From: Azolla caroliniana
Taxonomy: Eukaryota > Plantae > Polypodiophyta
Assembly (NCBI GenBank): GCA_043228905.1
Contig: JBHGNT010000020.1
Span: 13,702,001 to 13,766,000 of the forward strand
Direction: 5' to 3'
DNA: 64,000 bases
Part shown: positions 49,316 to 62,652 of the stretch, piece by piece
Layout of the letters: each line of letters begins with the position of its first letter
How positions within the stretch are numbered: the first letter of the stretch is position 1
The notes under the pieces: generated by a model
Database searches by the model: none
What the model was told of the DNA's origin: nothing
The model's input: the letters and a program-made list of their open reading frames with translations, nothing else
Program-made: the position numbers and the translations under genes

Positions 49316-52124
49316 ATGACTTTGGGCAATGCATTTCCCATATGTGAAGGAAAAAGGGTGTCTAAGGGGATGTTGGTTTTGGGGGGGAGGGGAGGGTCAC
49401 ATAATCAACCAAAGTCAGGTGACGAACTACTCAATGCATTCGTGGAACGATTGCGAAAGTAGGCTGATTTGGAACTTGGTGCACAGGAATCAAGTCAACC
49501 AGTAGACAATTTGGCAATGGGTGCGCGGTTTATGACACCAATCACAAACTCGAAAGTAGAATAAAGCCACCCATTCCCTTGGTATGGGGTATGGGGTGCT
49601 TGGCCAAAACAACAAAGTTACAAACCATTGGTTCACTCGCCACGAGTTATTCCAAGCTACCACTTCAATGATTATTCAATGGATTGCAGAACATGTGTCA
49701 TGGAATTCCGAATAGCACCACTCTTTGATAGGTTAATGAGGATGGAAATTAACGCATTATGTAGGTAGGCAGAGCACCTCTCGTATGTCTAGGATCTTGA
49801 ATTGAAACTCGATTGTTGAAAACCTTCAAACAACTTTGTTTGTGTTGGGCGATTCCTACAACAGAAATCACTACTACAACCCACCATTGATCAACCTATC
49901 AAGCGTGACCATTGCATGAGCTCTCCTTGTCCCCTTTCCACATCAATTTGACCTACACATAGGTAGTAGGGTTTAGGGTTTACACATTCATTGATTCATA
50001 CACCACACACACATTCAATCATTCATACAGATAAATAGATTCATTCATTCATATACACTACAGACACATCCATCCATTCATATACATACATAGGTTCATA
50101 CTTACATACACATTTATATGTACATTGCTTCATATACACACAAATTTATACAAACATTTATTCATATGCATATACGTACATTTATTCATGTGAACATATA
50201 CATTCATAGTACATATACACACATTCATTCAATCATTTATTCATGCATTCATACATCCACTCATTTATGCACACTCATACACACATTCATACAATCATTC
50301 ACATTTACATACACAAACACATACATACATGCAAGAATACATTCATACACGTGTGAATGCTACTTACATGGGTTCTTAATGTCATGCTAGTTCTTTATTT
50401 ACATGTTTAATGAAAAAGGGCTCAAGTTGGTGACACAGATTGACTCCATGAGATGAGGGTAGGTTGAGACGTCCCAAAAGTCCATAGTTGATTGACTTTT
50501 GGCACAAGCTCAAACCTTCCATGTGGATCAATGGACAAGGACCAAGGTCAACCTCAAAATGACACATTGTCAACTTCTACATGAACACATTATCTCAAAA
50601 TCCAATTTGATATTAATGAGAACTTAACATGATTTGTCTGGGAGGTGGAGTGATGGTCAAAAAAATGTTAAACAACATCATGGAGTCATCTCTTCCTCAA
50701 TGGAGATCCATTGTAAGTTACACTTTCAAAACTTATCAATATGTTATTAATGTTACAATATTATGCTACAAATTTATTTAGTTATTTTATTTATTTCCAA
50801 AAAAAAGTCTACTTCCATTAGTTAAGAAAATGTACATAGGATAGTATATAACTCATATGTTACAAGCCACTTTGCAATGGCTACAAGAAAACATCATGTA
50901 TAAATGAAGCAACAAAGCCTCGTCACAGAATTACTCGACAGACTCCACTTTGCAATGGCTACAATATTATGCTACAATTACTACGTCCTCATTCAATTAA
51001 ATGGGGATCATGATGAGACACACAAAGTTTGTCATCTACAAAGAGAGTTTGGGATCAAGTGACAAATGAAGACAGTCTAAAAGACAACTTAGCTCTCTTA
51101 CAACACAAGCAAGATCATGTGAGGTACAATCCATGCTCTCTTTGTCTCTTATTATAAGTTTTTTTCCGTAGAGTTAGTTAGTTTATTAATAATATACCAT
51201 TTCATTATCAATATATAAATGAGTCTTAGGGGAATCGAACCCCTAGAAGCAATATGTTCTTTCTTTCACCCAATTGAGACCTCCCTTCCCACCCATCAAA
51301 CGTTAATATATTTCATATCCAAATATTATAATAGAAAGTATGGAATTGAAAATACACATGCAAATTACCTTACTAAACTTGTTTAGTAGCCTCCTTAGTG
51401 ATCATACATAGGGTATTTCTTTCAAAGATGTTCATGAAGATGTTGATCTCTTCATTGTCCTTATTTAACTCTTATCGTTCCAACTTCATAATTTGAGTAA
51501 GGATTCTGTGTCCTTAATATCATCTAGATCAAACATTGATTAATCTATCTCATTACAAGTTAGAAGTGCGGACTACATTGTCTTCACCCTTATCATTATC
51601 CTCTTGTTTACATTCTTCATTTAGTGGAACTACCATGTCCATGACATCATAAGCAAAATGTTATGCCCAACGTCACTTTTGTGTCTTGCGAAATGTTGTG
51701 TTAAGCATCATTTAGCATTACAAACATGTGATAATTAACATCATGTTTTAGAATGCGACACTAAACATCATGTTTTACATATGTGACATTCAACAAAATG
51801 TTTTGACAATCTTAAACATCGTACATAAAAACAATATTTAGCATAGCCATGTAATTGCACATAAAGAGATATATAAATGAAAACTTCAGTTCCTTGTTTG
51901 TTATTTCTCACTCTTGTGTTAGCAATATATAGCGATGTGAAAATATGTTGCTATGCAACACAATAGCAACGCAAAATGGGCATTGCATCAACATTGCGAA
52001 GTGAAGTGCCAAAAAAGGAAAAAAGTTATTTTTAAAAATGAATTGTTTCTTATCTTTTTAATAAATTATGCACATAACATTTTCAATTGAAACTTTTAAT
52101 TTTAGTTCTTTTTAAATGTGTGTG

Positions 52125-52165
<41 letters not shown>

Positions 52166-54339
52166 CAATGTTTGTTGATCGATATGCATCCATTGTTTAT
52201 TACACATTGCCATGTAATATGGCGAAATGCTATTTGTTCACTAAACCTGTTTTAAAATATGAGGATCTTTCGTGACAAATTTCATGGCAAACCCACCATT
52301 AAAGCATGAGATAGCATCTTGATCTAGTATGTATCGTAGTAAGATATGGTCTTTGCCCCACTTATATATGTGTCCTAGTATCACAATAAAAGGTTAACAA
52401 CATTGTATACATGATCTAGTAGTAATAATTTTTTATAGTTTTTCGAAGGTAACAACACCCTTTGGTTAGTGCTTGAATAATGTTCGATATTGGCCACTGG
52501 ATTTAAATGTACCATGAATATAGTGACATCTAATGCCTTGATATCAATGCCTCATCCTAATCACTACTCATCATGAAACAAAATGATTTCTCACTAAGTG
52601 ATCTTTTGCTTCACATACAATGATTTCAAACTCAAACTCCAATACAATGACTGTCCATGAATACATCATTCATCACCCATCCCAGGTGATGGCAGGACCC
52701 ATACATGCATTATCTTGATTCTTTAGCAGAGGAAAGAAGATAGCCTTTTAGATCAATGTTGGTCTAGTCATTCACCTATTGGTAGGTTGACCATTCAACA
52801 ATGTAAGATCAAGCTAAATTAGCATTTAGATAGTTTTTTTTAGCGATGTTACAAAAAGTACATAATGAATAAATGTATGATCCATCCAACCCTCAATGCA
52901 AAAGGATGAAAGTGTTATTTGCTCCAGAAATCCATTTAAACCACATACCTTGACCCACTTTGTGAAATCCATAGACAACATACCCTTGGGAAATGCACAA
53001 TTTGTTTTTATAAGACCAAAATTCAGATACCTCATAACTAAAAATGTGTACTTAATATCAAAACAAAAAATTAGTGTTTATACATATTGCCAAAGCAAAA
53101 GAAATTGGCGAGGACTTACAAACTATGAGAGAAAAACAATGAGTAGGCACATGCCTTAATCTAATCAACAATGCCATAACTAGTGTTTGTCATGTACTAT
53201 TAAAGAACTTTATTGATCGAGGTGATGGGCATGAGGTGTACAATACTACATCATCATTTTTTTTTCCAAAAAGAGGCCACTTTCCCATTAGTTAGGAGAT
53301 ATTATTACAGAAAGACTATACAATGTGGCTTATATATAAATCTGGGCAGTGGGAATTACTCTTCGACCGAGTTCAAGAATATGAGATTACGTACATATCC
53401 TTTCAAACTGACTACTTAATGTACGTAGGTACCTATAACTATAAACTAGTGCCCTTCATTGTTGGCACTACAACGTTATCATTAATTAAACTTGCAACAT
53501 TGGTCACCTTCATGGTATGGTCATGAGTTTATAAATTTAAGTATATATAGAGTGAGAGCTAATATATTTGTACAAAAACCAGTAATATATGTCTATATTT
53601 ATAATTTTATACTCAATCACATGTTTACATCACATTGATAACTTCTCTCTATATGACATGGTAAGGGTTCTCCCACAACCTCTTATAACATTTGATGTCT
53701 AATTTCTCTCACTTTCATAATAGAACACTAGACATCTCCAAGCATGCTTGAAATACCAACACATTCTACAAATATAAAAGGAGAAAAAACATATTGTAAT
53801 GTCACTCAGTATGACACATTTAAACAAACATAAGTACACAATAAAGAAAAGATAATCTATAGTATTAATAACATCCAGATTGCAAATCTCATCATCCATG
53901 TCTAAAATCATATTATCATAGTGGAGTTTGGTTTCAATTATGACACAGTGGGGGATATACCTTTTCTATGTTATCTTACCCTCCACTAGATTGTATCATT
54001 ATATGCTTTGTATATGCTTATTGGCAATGGAAATTGTGGTGTAGTTTTGTTAAATAAAATAAAATAAATCATATTATCATAGGGTTGAACCTATTATAGG
54101 ATTTATCAACATATATAATAAGATTAACAAGTGGAATACAAATTAGTCCATTCATAAATGCCAAATATCACAAAGGATGAGTATAAATTAATTGTCGAGA
54201 ATCAAGATCAACTCATGTGGACACTTGCTTATAGAGAAAGGCACGATGTATGAAAAGGTGTGTGCAAACACACTTTACTATAATTCGCGTGAATGATCTA
54301 GTTACATGAAGAACTAGATTGTGACATCTAGTTAGTTGT

Positions 54340-55090
54340 AAAGTGCAAATGTATCAAAGAATATTATATATTCTTATATTATAGAATCGTACTCAAGTGA
54401 TGTCTCTAACTATACTCCACCAACCATACTTAATATAAAGCCCACTTGGCCCATTGTGTTATGTTTATGCTTTTCAATTGATGTATATAGTTTTCTCTTA
54501 TGTGCATAAGCTCTCATCCTATATACAATGCTCACACATGCACAACACTTCGACAAACCTTGACTCTACAAGAGTTAGCATTCTTTACATGGTATCATAA
54601 CGTGAGGGTTGGAGATCCTTCATAGAGCTATGCGATTGAAGTTGGGAAAGCACAATTACGTATCTTGGGAGTACATGATGCATCAATACTAGTCGGGCAT
54701 GGTCATTGGTTATTAGAGTTATATTGAAGGTGCTCTAGAAACAACCCTCAATATCATAAACCTTCACTATTCGAATTGGCAACAATCACTCTAGTTGGTC
54801 AACAAGGGTGTGGTGTGCATATAATGAGGACACTAGGAGTAAAGAAGGCCCTAAAGGTGGCCAATGAAAAACTTTATCAATCAATTCGACAAAATAAGCT
54901 TATAGTAAATTTTAGGTAGAATGATAATAGAGAGTCGTATCTACTTGAAGATCACCTGGATAGACCTCAACTACTTGACCGGTCTCTTTAGCCAATTCAT
55001 GCATAACCCCCTAACACTCATATGGATTGTGTTAAGCAAGTGGTATGATATGTTAGTGGAACAGTTGATTGCGATATCTTATACAAGAGC
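54340..55090 (+). mobile_element. Decayed copia remnant (LTR end, PBS, gag and RT fragments)
   Basis: TTCTTTACA followed by TGGTATCATAA at 54581-54600 is the same LTR end as the 14761 element. Translations LKLGKHNYVSWEYMMHQY and IYLKITWIDLNYLTGLFSQFMHNP. Confidence 0.7.
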
Positions 55091-56069
55091 CAAGTTGTTA
55101 GATATAATCAATGATCAGCCTGAAGTTGTAAATCTATCCCCATATGTGCTCTTAGAGTGCACATTTTGTGATAGTGCTCCAAATGAGGAGTGGCTAGTGT
55201 GCAACTCGACCATATGGGTTGATAAGGTGTTAATCTAGTAAACCGTAGATGTGTAGGACACAATGTATTTAGGAAAGAGCGAAATAGGTAATAGGATTGG
55301 CTAATCAAGTCAACTAGAATATTTTGTGGGCAATTACAATGTACTTAGTCTTGAAGTATGTGCCATTGACTTCAAGATAAGTACTATCTAGCACTTGCCT
55401 ATATCTAGGGAATTGGATCATATTAAATGACAAGTCAGTTGACAAAAAAGGAATATCTCCACTACTATCAACTGACTTGCACATTTAATGTTATACTCAA
55501 ACCAAACATAGAATATAATCCACTTTCTTACACAATGGTTAGATTGATCATCAGTCCCCACTAATTTTGTAGTGAGCTGGTCCATATCCTATCTAAGCTC
55601 TAAGGTGTGAGCGCATGGGTAAACTACCGTTGTGAGCTACTCTTATATGTAATAGAAGTTTTGTTTTCATATATCCATCTTTGTAATGGTAACTCTATAT
55701 ACCTATCTAATCGATTCTCAATATTTCTCACTAATGTTCTTTGGGTAGACAAGGCATACATGATTAAAGTTCCCAACCTAAATTGTTTCATTTATGTTAT
55801 ATGACATAATTTAGCAACTTACCTTCTTTCATCTCTATATAATGTAACTCTTTCCTTGTTTCCAATTTATATTGATGGTTGACCATCAATCATTTGCATT
55901 AACTATTCAAAGAAATAGACATAAATTTATTTAAGAATTTATACAAAATCCATGAAGGAGAAACATCATCTACCATGGATTGATACAAATTTTTGACAAA
56001 GAAAGAATGAGCTCCATCTTGATATTAAGTTTTAAGTTGTTTATCTAATTTGAGGCCATTTATAACAAT

Positions 56070-56656
56070 GAATGAATGAATGCATCTCTAGTAAAAAAGA
56101 AACATCATTGAATTGGCCAATAATCTTATAGGAACCTAGACCACGATACAAAATTCTACACCAACATGCTATACACATAGCTTGTATCTAGTTACTCACA
56201 TTATACATAGTATTTAACAATTAATCACTTGTATTCAACAATTAATCACTTAAAAAACCCTTAATTGAACATTAAATCAGTCTCTCTACATAAATTTTTG
56301 ATCGATCTTGAAGATTATGGATTCATAGGAGGGGCAAGAAAGTAATTGAATCAACATGCATGAATGCATCCAAAAGCTCTAGTACAAAAGAAACATCATT
56401 GAATTGGCCAATAATCCAATAGGAACCTAGACCACGATACAAGATTCTACACCAACATGCTATACACATATCTTGTATCTAGTTACTCACATTATACCTA
56501 GTATTTAACAATTAATCACTTCCATTCAACAATTAATCACATAAAAAAGCCTTAATTAAACCTTAAATTAGTCTCTCTACATAAATTTTTGATACCTCTT
56601 CGATCTTGAAGATTGTGGATTCATAGGTGTGGCAAGAAAGTAATTGAATCAACATG
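56070..56656. repeat. Tandem duplication, 2 x ~290 bp
   Basis: AAAGAAACATCATTGAATTGGCCAATAATC...GCAAGAAAGTAATTGAATCAACATG occurs twice. Confidence 0.9.
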
Positions 56657-56741
56657 GCACATGAACAAGCCCAAGAGATAGCTTTAACAGAGTGGCCAAG
56701 CTTATCATCAACACTAGGAACCTCTAAGACATGGTTGTAAT

Positions 56742-56790
<49 letters not shown>

Positions 56791-56793
<3 letters not shown>

Positions 56794-57848
56794 TTGTTAT
56801 GTGTATGGAAACCATAATCTAGTAGAGAGCATTGTAATTCTTTGCAAAAAGAGTTACTTGTGTCTTCTTGGTTATTATGTTGGCCAGGAAAGGAGAGATT
56901 GCGCTCTCAATTTAATCATTTGTTTCGTTTGGGGGTCAAAGAAGTGGGAGATATAGTTGATGCTCCATCTCAAAGAATTTTGGAGTTTGTTGAAGCGCGA
57001 CAATTATTACGCATCTCGCCAAATTATGGGTTTATTGGCAACAACTACAAAATATTGCATTGACGCAAGGTCCCTAACCTCTACAAACAAGAGAACAATC
57101 GTGGATTGATTGGTGTTTACGGGGTCAAAGGTTGTTGTTACAAGTGACTACTAACCTTTTGTATCATTTCTTTGTTGAGTCTCTTGGATGGTTATTATCT
57201 AAGGCTAAAGAAGAATGGAAAATACACAAATCTAATCATGGGTGGTGGCAGATCTTACAACGTAGTTGGCATTCTAAATTGCCACTTGTAGCAAAGGTCT
57301 TCCTTTGGAGAGTTTTGATTGGAGGATTGCCTTTGGGATTAGCTCTAAAGTGTCGTGGACTAGCAACGGGTAAATGCTTCTTTTGCATTGTTCAAACGGA
57401 AGATAGTACTCATCGATTTATACAATGTTTGATTGCTTGTCAGATTTGGAGTTACATTTCTCAAATTTGACAAGTTTTATCACGATGTTATTTGACACCT
57501 AGACAGTGGGTGTTTGCACAATTACATAGGTAGATGGAGATCATTTTTCTACTTATGAGATATTGGGGATTGCACCATAATTGGAACATGTGCAATGCTT
57601 TTGTATTCGATGGTAGAAATGGAGTGAAAGCATATCTACGAAAGTTGAAGGGAGTACTAATGTGGCAATTTTCTTTATTGGGGCAAGTGGAAATTCTTTC
57701 CTTAGTGGAGTGTTCGTCTTGCCTATCGGCAATTCAACATGCGCCACTACCCATGTAGTGTAGTTAGTGGGTAACCATATTCCATTGTCACACCCATTGT
57801 AAGTAATGTTTTTTACACACATTTATTAATATAATTGTGTGTTTTCAC
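56791..57848 (+). mobile_element. 5'-truncated L1/Tx1-type LINE (zf-RVT C-terminus and 3'UTR)
   Basis: WHSKLPLVAKVFLWRVLIGGLPLG..CFFC..EDSTHRFIQC..W. Begins directly after the (GA)n tract at 56746-56790. Confidence 0.8.
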
Positions 57849-57853
57849 GAAAA

Positions 57854-60844
57854 GAATTAGAATTAGAATTAGAATTTGTATTGTCCATAAAGAGGCCAAT
57901 TTTGACCTATGGGACCAGAGTATACATGTGTTCTTGATATGTGTCTCCTTCCTAAGAAGGGGTATTCATACATTGAAGCACAAAGTCTCTATGTGTGAAT
58001 AAAGCATACACATATGAGCTCAACCTTCTCGGTGGTGTCTTAAGTATGGCACTCAAGTTATCACTCCCTCTTAGTATGTCAACATATCTTGAACGAATTG
58101 CACTATATGTCGAGCATGTGAAGAGCAAGTGACATTCATCCTCTACCATGCCTTCGTTGCATACTTTGCATGTCTTCAAATTAGTTACATTTTGATACCA
58201 TGATGCAACTTCAATACCTAGTGAGATTGAGTGCGAAGTAGTGTAAGGGATCTATGAGCATTACTACTCATATTGGTAATGGGATAAGGTTGGATACGAT
58301 CAATAGGCATTCTTGATTTATATTGAGACCAACATTGAGGGTTGACATTTGCAATGTAGTATTCTAGCTTTGTCCTCTTAGCATCTTCCCACTTCATCCT
58401 TAATGATTCCACCAACCTTTCCTCAATCATTACATACTGCATAAAATTGCCCAAAAGCTCTAAAAGATCATCCAAACCCCATCATCTAAACCATTTCCTT
58501 AGTCAACAACCCAACCAAATGAGAGAATCTTACTTTTATGATTCTTTTGTAGCTTACATCCAACATTCCAAGCAAGATGTGGTAATCGATGATTCGACAT
58601 ATTCTTGACTTTTGTAATGTATTTATATACTTTTTGGAGTGCCAATAATTCTATGGGTCGAACACCTGTTTCCAAGAGCATAACCTGGTAAGAGGTAGTG
58701 CATTTAACTCCTAATTGCCTCCTTAAAAACATATTTTGAGTTTTCTCAATCTCATTCCATGCATTAAGAGAGATGGTGCCACCCCATACTTCTACTCCAT
58801 AAAGCAACACTTGAGTTACCATGGCATTGAACAACATTAGTTTTACTTCCCATCCACAAGTATCACTTTGGTTGCATTGGTTCTCCAAAAGGCAATACGA
58901 TTTCCAACTGGCTTGGAGCCTAGAATCAAAGCATGCACTCCATTTATTTGTGGCAGGTACATCAATACCAAGATATTTAAAGCTTTGAACAAATTGTATA
59001 TGTTTACCTCTATATGTGAGCATAGGGTAATGATGAGGTTGGATGGTTTGAACTTTGCACTACCATCATTTTTGTTTTCTCCACATTCACTGTTAGTCCA
59101 CTACTATGGCAAAATTCTTCTAAAACCCCAAGTAAATTTTGCATACTATCAACATCATATGAGAAGAGTACCACATCATCAGCATATAGAAGCAATAAGA
59201 TAACATGTTGCATCAATTTGGGATCATTCAATCTTTCTTGTCTTGCAACCTGATTTACCACTTCTTCTAATTTATCAATACATAAACCAAAAAGTGTGGG
59301 TGATAGTGGGTATCCTTGCTTGACCCCCATGTTACTTAAAAAGTGCTTTGAGAATCCACTATCCATTTTTAGTTGGTATTTTGCTTGTTCATATAGGCAT
59401 GCAACAACAACTCGGTACTCTAATGGCATGTCAATCTCTACCATTCTATTCCAGAGCTCACTTCGTGGTACGGTATCAAAAGCTTTCTTAAAATCAACAA
59501 AACAGTTACAATAAAGTGTTTTTCCTTGTAGTCGACTCTCTTCCATGATTACTCTCAATGTAACCAAATGATCCATAGTGGAGTGTTTTGGTCTAAATCC
59601 TACTTGCCCAAGTGCTCTTTTGCTTGTACTTTTAGCCCATGTGCTTATCTTTTGCTCCATAATCATGCTATATAATTTAGCAATAGTTGAGCTCACCATT
59701 ATTGTACAAGCCATTGGAGCCACTTGGAGCCACACCTTCATGCATATATAGCCTTTGTACATAGTCTAACATCTCTTCATTTGTAAAGTGACCTTTCACA
59801 TATTCTTTCTTACCCATGAGTTGTCCCCATGCTAATTTCGGTTTGAGGTTAAACAAGTTTTTCTTTTTCATCTCTTGCATTTGGAAATATCTTCTTTTCT
59901 TTCTCCTCACGACTTTCTTATATAGGTGCCATGCAACAATATTTTCATTTTCCCCCTCTATGGACTTAAACCATTTGAGATATATCTTACATTCATCGTC
60001 GAACCAAGAATTAAATGGAAAACTAAACGTCTTATGCCCACCCACATGCCCCTTAAAGTATTAATACCCAGCCTTAAGGATGATATCCTTCAAATGTTGC
60101 CAATTTTCTTTAACATCGTTGCTTAGAGAAAAATTTAACAAATGGTTCTCCACTTCATTTGCATACATCTTAGCTTTTTCGTAGCAAGGTCGGATGATAC
60201 ATCTTTTTTCATCCTTCACTCCATGGCATCTATTAGTGAAATGTGGAATTGCAAACTCTAGGTACAATGGCTTGTGGTCTGAGTCTAGAGATAGAGAACC
60301 AACTTTAAACACATTCACCAATGATAGATCACATGCCAACATTAATGCGTAATCAACCACACTTCCTCCACCCGAGGATGGTAAACATGTGAGCACATTT
60401 GTCGATGGGAATGCCTTTATACCATTTAGGATAATCAAGTTTTTGCAATTTAAAATATGTATCAAAAGTTTTCCATAATCAAACATGACACAATCCTTTG
60501 AGTCACGCAATAGACAATGTTCTACTACATTTTCTTCAAATGTTTCCACGTTTTGGAAATGTCCAACTCTTGCATTGAAGTCTCCTATTATATAATTACA
60601 ACTTTACCAAGCTTCTCAAATGAAAGTATATCATAGCATAATTATGTAAAAGGATCCTCACAATCTAACCCAAACCTACTATAGTAGTTTGAGTCTTTGT
60701 GAGGAATGTAACATGCAACTATATACAACTTCTCTTTCCCCAAATTAACCTCTATACATATGTATCTCTTATAGTCATCATATTTGCATACTTTGATAGA
60801 ATTATCTAAGCTCTCATGGTAGATACATGCTATCTCGGCACGCC

Positions 60845-60845
<1 letters not shown>
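57854..60845 (-). mobile_element. RTEX-like LINE (APE endonuclease, RT, C-terminal Cys/His motif), decayed
   Basis: APE motifs GDFNAR, GGGSVVDY and SDHKPL; RT motifs FVDFKKAFDTV, GVKQGYPLSP and LLYADD; C-terminal CKVC..EDECHLLFTC..Y..IR; 3' tail of (AATTCT)n repeats at 57854-57876. Confidence 0.85.
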
Positions 60846-60884
<39 letters not shown>

Positions 60885-60959
60885 CTAATGCTAATTGTTT
60901 TTGTGTTTTGTTTTCTCTTCTTTTTTACATTTTCACAACCATGCCTTAGAGGTACCTAA

Positions 60960-61545
60960 GAGTGGTAACAATCAAGGATGCATTGTTGGTGTCACAAAGA
61001 AGATTAATGGCCTTTCGAACGACAAGATCAACATTTCGTATTCCAAAATGTTATACCTTTATTTGGGATAAGTTGCAAGAATTACTATCTACATATGAGC
61101 CAATTCCTAATTTAGATGGAGGATCTCAAGAGCTTGATTGGACAAACGATCTCAACAAACGATGCTTATCACAAGTTGATTGACAAACAGAAGTGGATGG
61201 AAGAAAGGGTTATAAAGATATGGGGTTTTTGTAAGCCCGTTACTTGGTGGTTTCATCACATGATCAAGGTAGGTTGGTGTTCTCGGTTGGAAACCTAAGG
61301 TATTCATGTGGAGAGTTATGGTTGGAGCTTTACCATTGGGGGACATATTAACAAAAAGAAACATTGCTAGAGGAACGTGTTTCTTTTGTTCGGTAGAATT
61401 GGAATATAGTAGGCATTGGTTTCTTTCATGCCCGATGGCTAGGATGGTTTGGAGGTGTATCAATTTAGTGTGGATGTCTCTAACTAGAGTACTAAGCCTA
61501 TCTTCCTTCAGTTGGGTTTTTGCACACCTAGCCCAACTGCACATC
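60960..61545 (+). mobile_element. Diverged L1/Tx1-type LINE fragment (zf-RVT)
   Basis: FMWRVMVGALPLGDILTKRNIARGTCFFCSVELEYSRHWFLSCPMARMVW. Lies about 80 bp after the (GA)n tract at 60846-60882. Confidence 0.75.
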
Positions 61546-61702
61546 TGGAGAACAATGAACCAATGCCTCCTTTCCAAATTAATTTTGAGTTCTCGAGGTA
61601 TTGGATGCTATGGTTCAATTGACAATGCTAGAGAAGTCACAAAATCTCCAGCATGAAGAGAGAAAACTCTGCAAGGTCACATATCATCATATTCACCATT
61701 TG

Positions 61703-61746
<44 letters not shown>

Positions 61747-61749
<3 letters not shown>

Positions 61750-62652
61750 AAAAGCACACAATTATATTAATTTTATGTAAAATCCATTTAGTTACAACAC
61801 TTCATAGACTCATCTACCTATCATATGCCTATGTAGGGAGAGGGGCGTTCTGTAATGCTATTAAAAAACCTGACTATGCATTTTAGGAAATGATCCCCAC
61901 ATGCTCTAACATCCAAAAATTGCACATGAGAATACCTTTAAGCTTCTTTATAGAGGCTTTCACCCCATGTCTATTATCAAACATGAAATCATTACGCATA
62001 TTCCAATTGTGTTGTAGACCCCAATAATGTAAAAATTGGAACAATATCTCCATCTCATCATTTGATCCATTTTGAACATATTGAGAAAAAACCCATTGTT
62101 GAGGTCTCAAACAACAACAGGATAAAACTTGCCAAATGTCCAATAAGTACTTCCAAATGGTACATGCTATAGGACATTTAATGAACCTATGTGTACTATC
62201 TTCCAATGGAACGGTGCAAAAGAAACAAGTGCTAGACCCTAGTCCTCGTCTCTTTAAGGCCGAACCTAATGGGAGCCCACCAATCATGACTCTCCATATG
62301 AATTCCTTTGCACGAAATGATAGATGGGAATGCCAACCACGGTGTAATATTTTCCACCACCTTGCATCTGACTTATATACATTCCACAACTTCGTTGCTT
62401 TAGGAGATAGCCAAGATAATGATGCCATCGCATGATGATACAATATATTTGGAGTGACATGTAACAAGCGTGTACCATCTTGTAACTGCCAATCTACCCA
62501 AGGTGCAAAATTTATTTTCAAATGGCAAAGATCCTTGCAACAATGGTATATCTTGTAATTTCTCCCAAATAAATCCATAATTTGGGGGAATACATAACCA
62601 TCTCTTGGCATCTTCAAAATTCGACAACCTTTGAGATTCATTATCAACCACA
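61747..62652 (-). mobile_element. 5'-truncated L1/Tx1-type LINE (zf-RVT), flanked by (GA)n on both sides
   Basis: ORF 61883-62653 is homologous to 57132-57758. (TC)n tracts lie at 61706-61746 and 62653-62664. Confidence 0.85.

Noticed and set aside
49967-49983. AGGGTTTAGGGTTTA telomere-like motif
   Set aside because: Only about two units; a telo-box or chance match, not an interstitial telomere array.
49980-50390. His/Thr/Ile-rich ORF
   Set aside because: Translation of a degenerate (CATT/CATA/CA)n simple repeat.
52680-53350. Faint Ulp1/SENP-protease-like words (MHYLDSL, QCGLYI)
   Set aside because: Short motifs with no sustained reading frame; may be a transposon relic but cannot be supported without a profile search.
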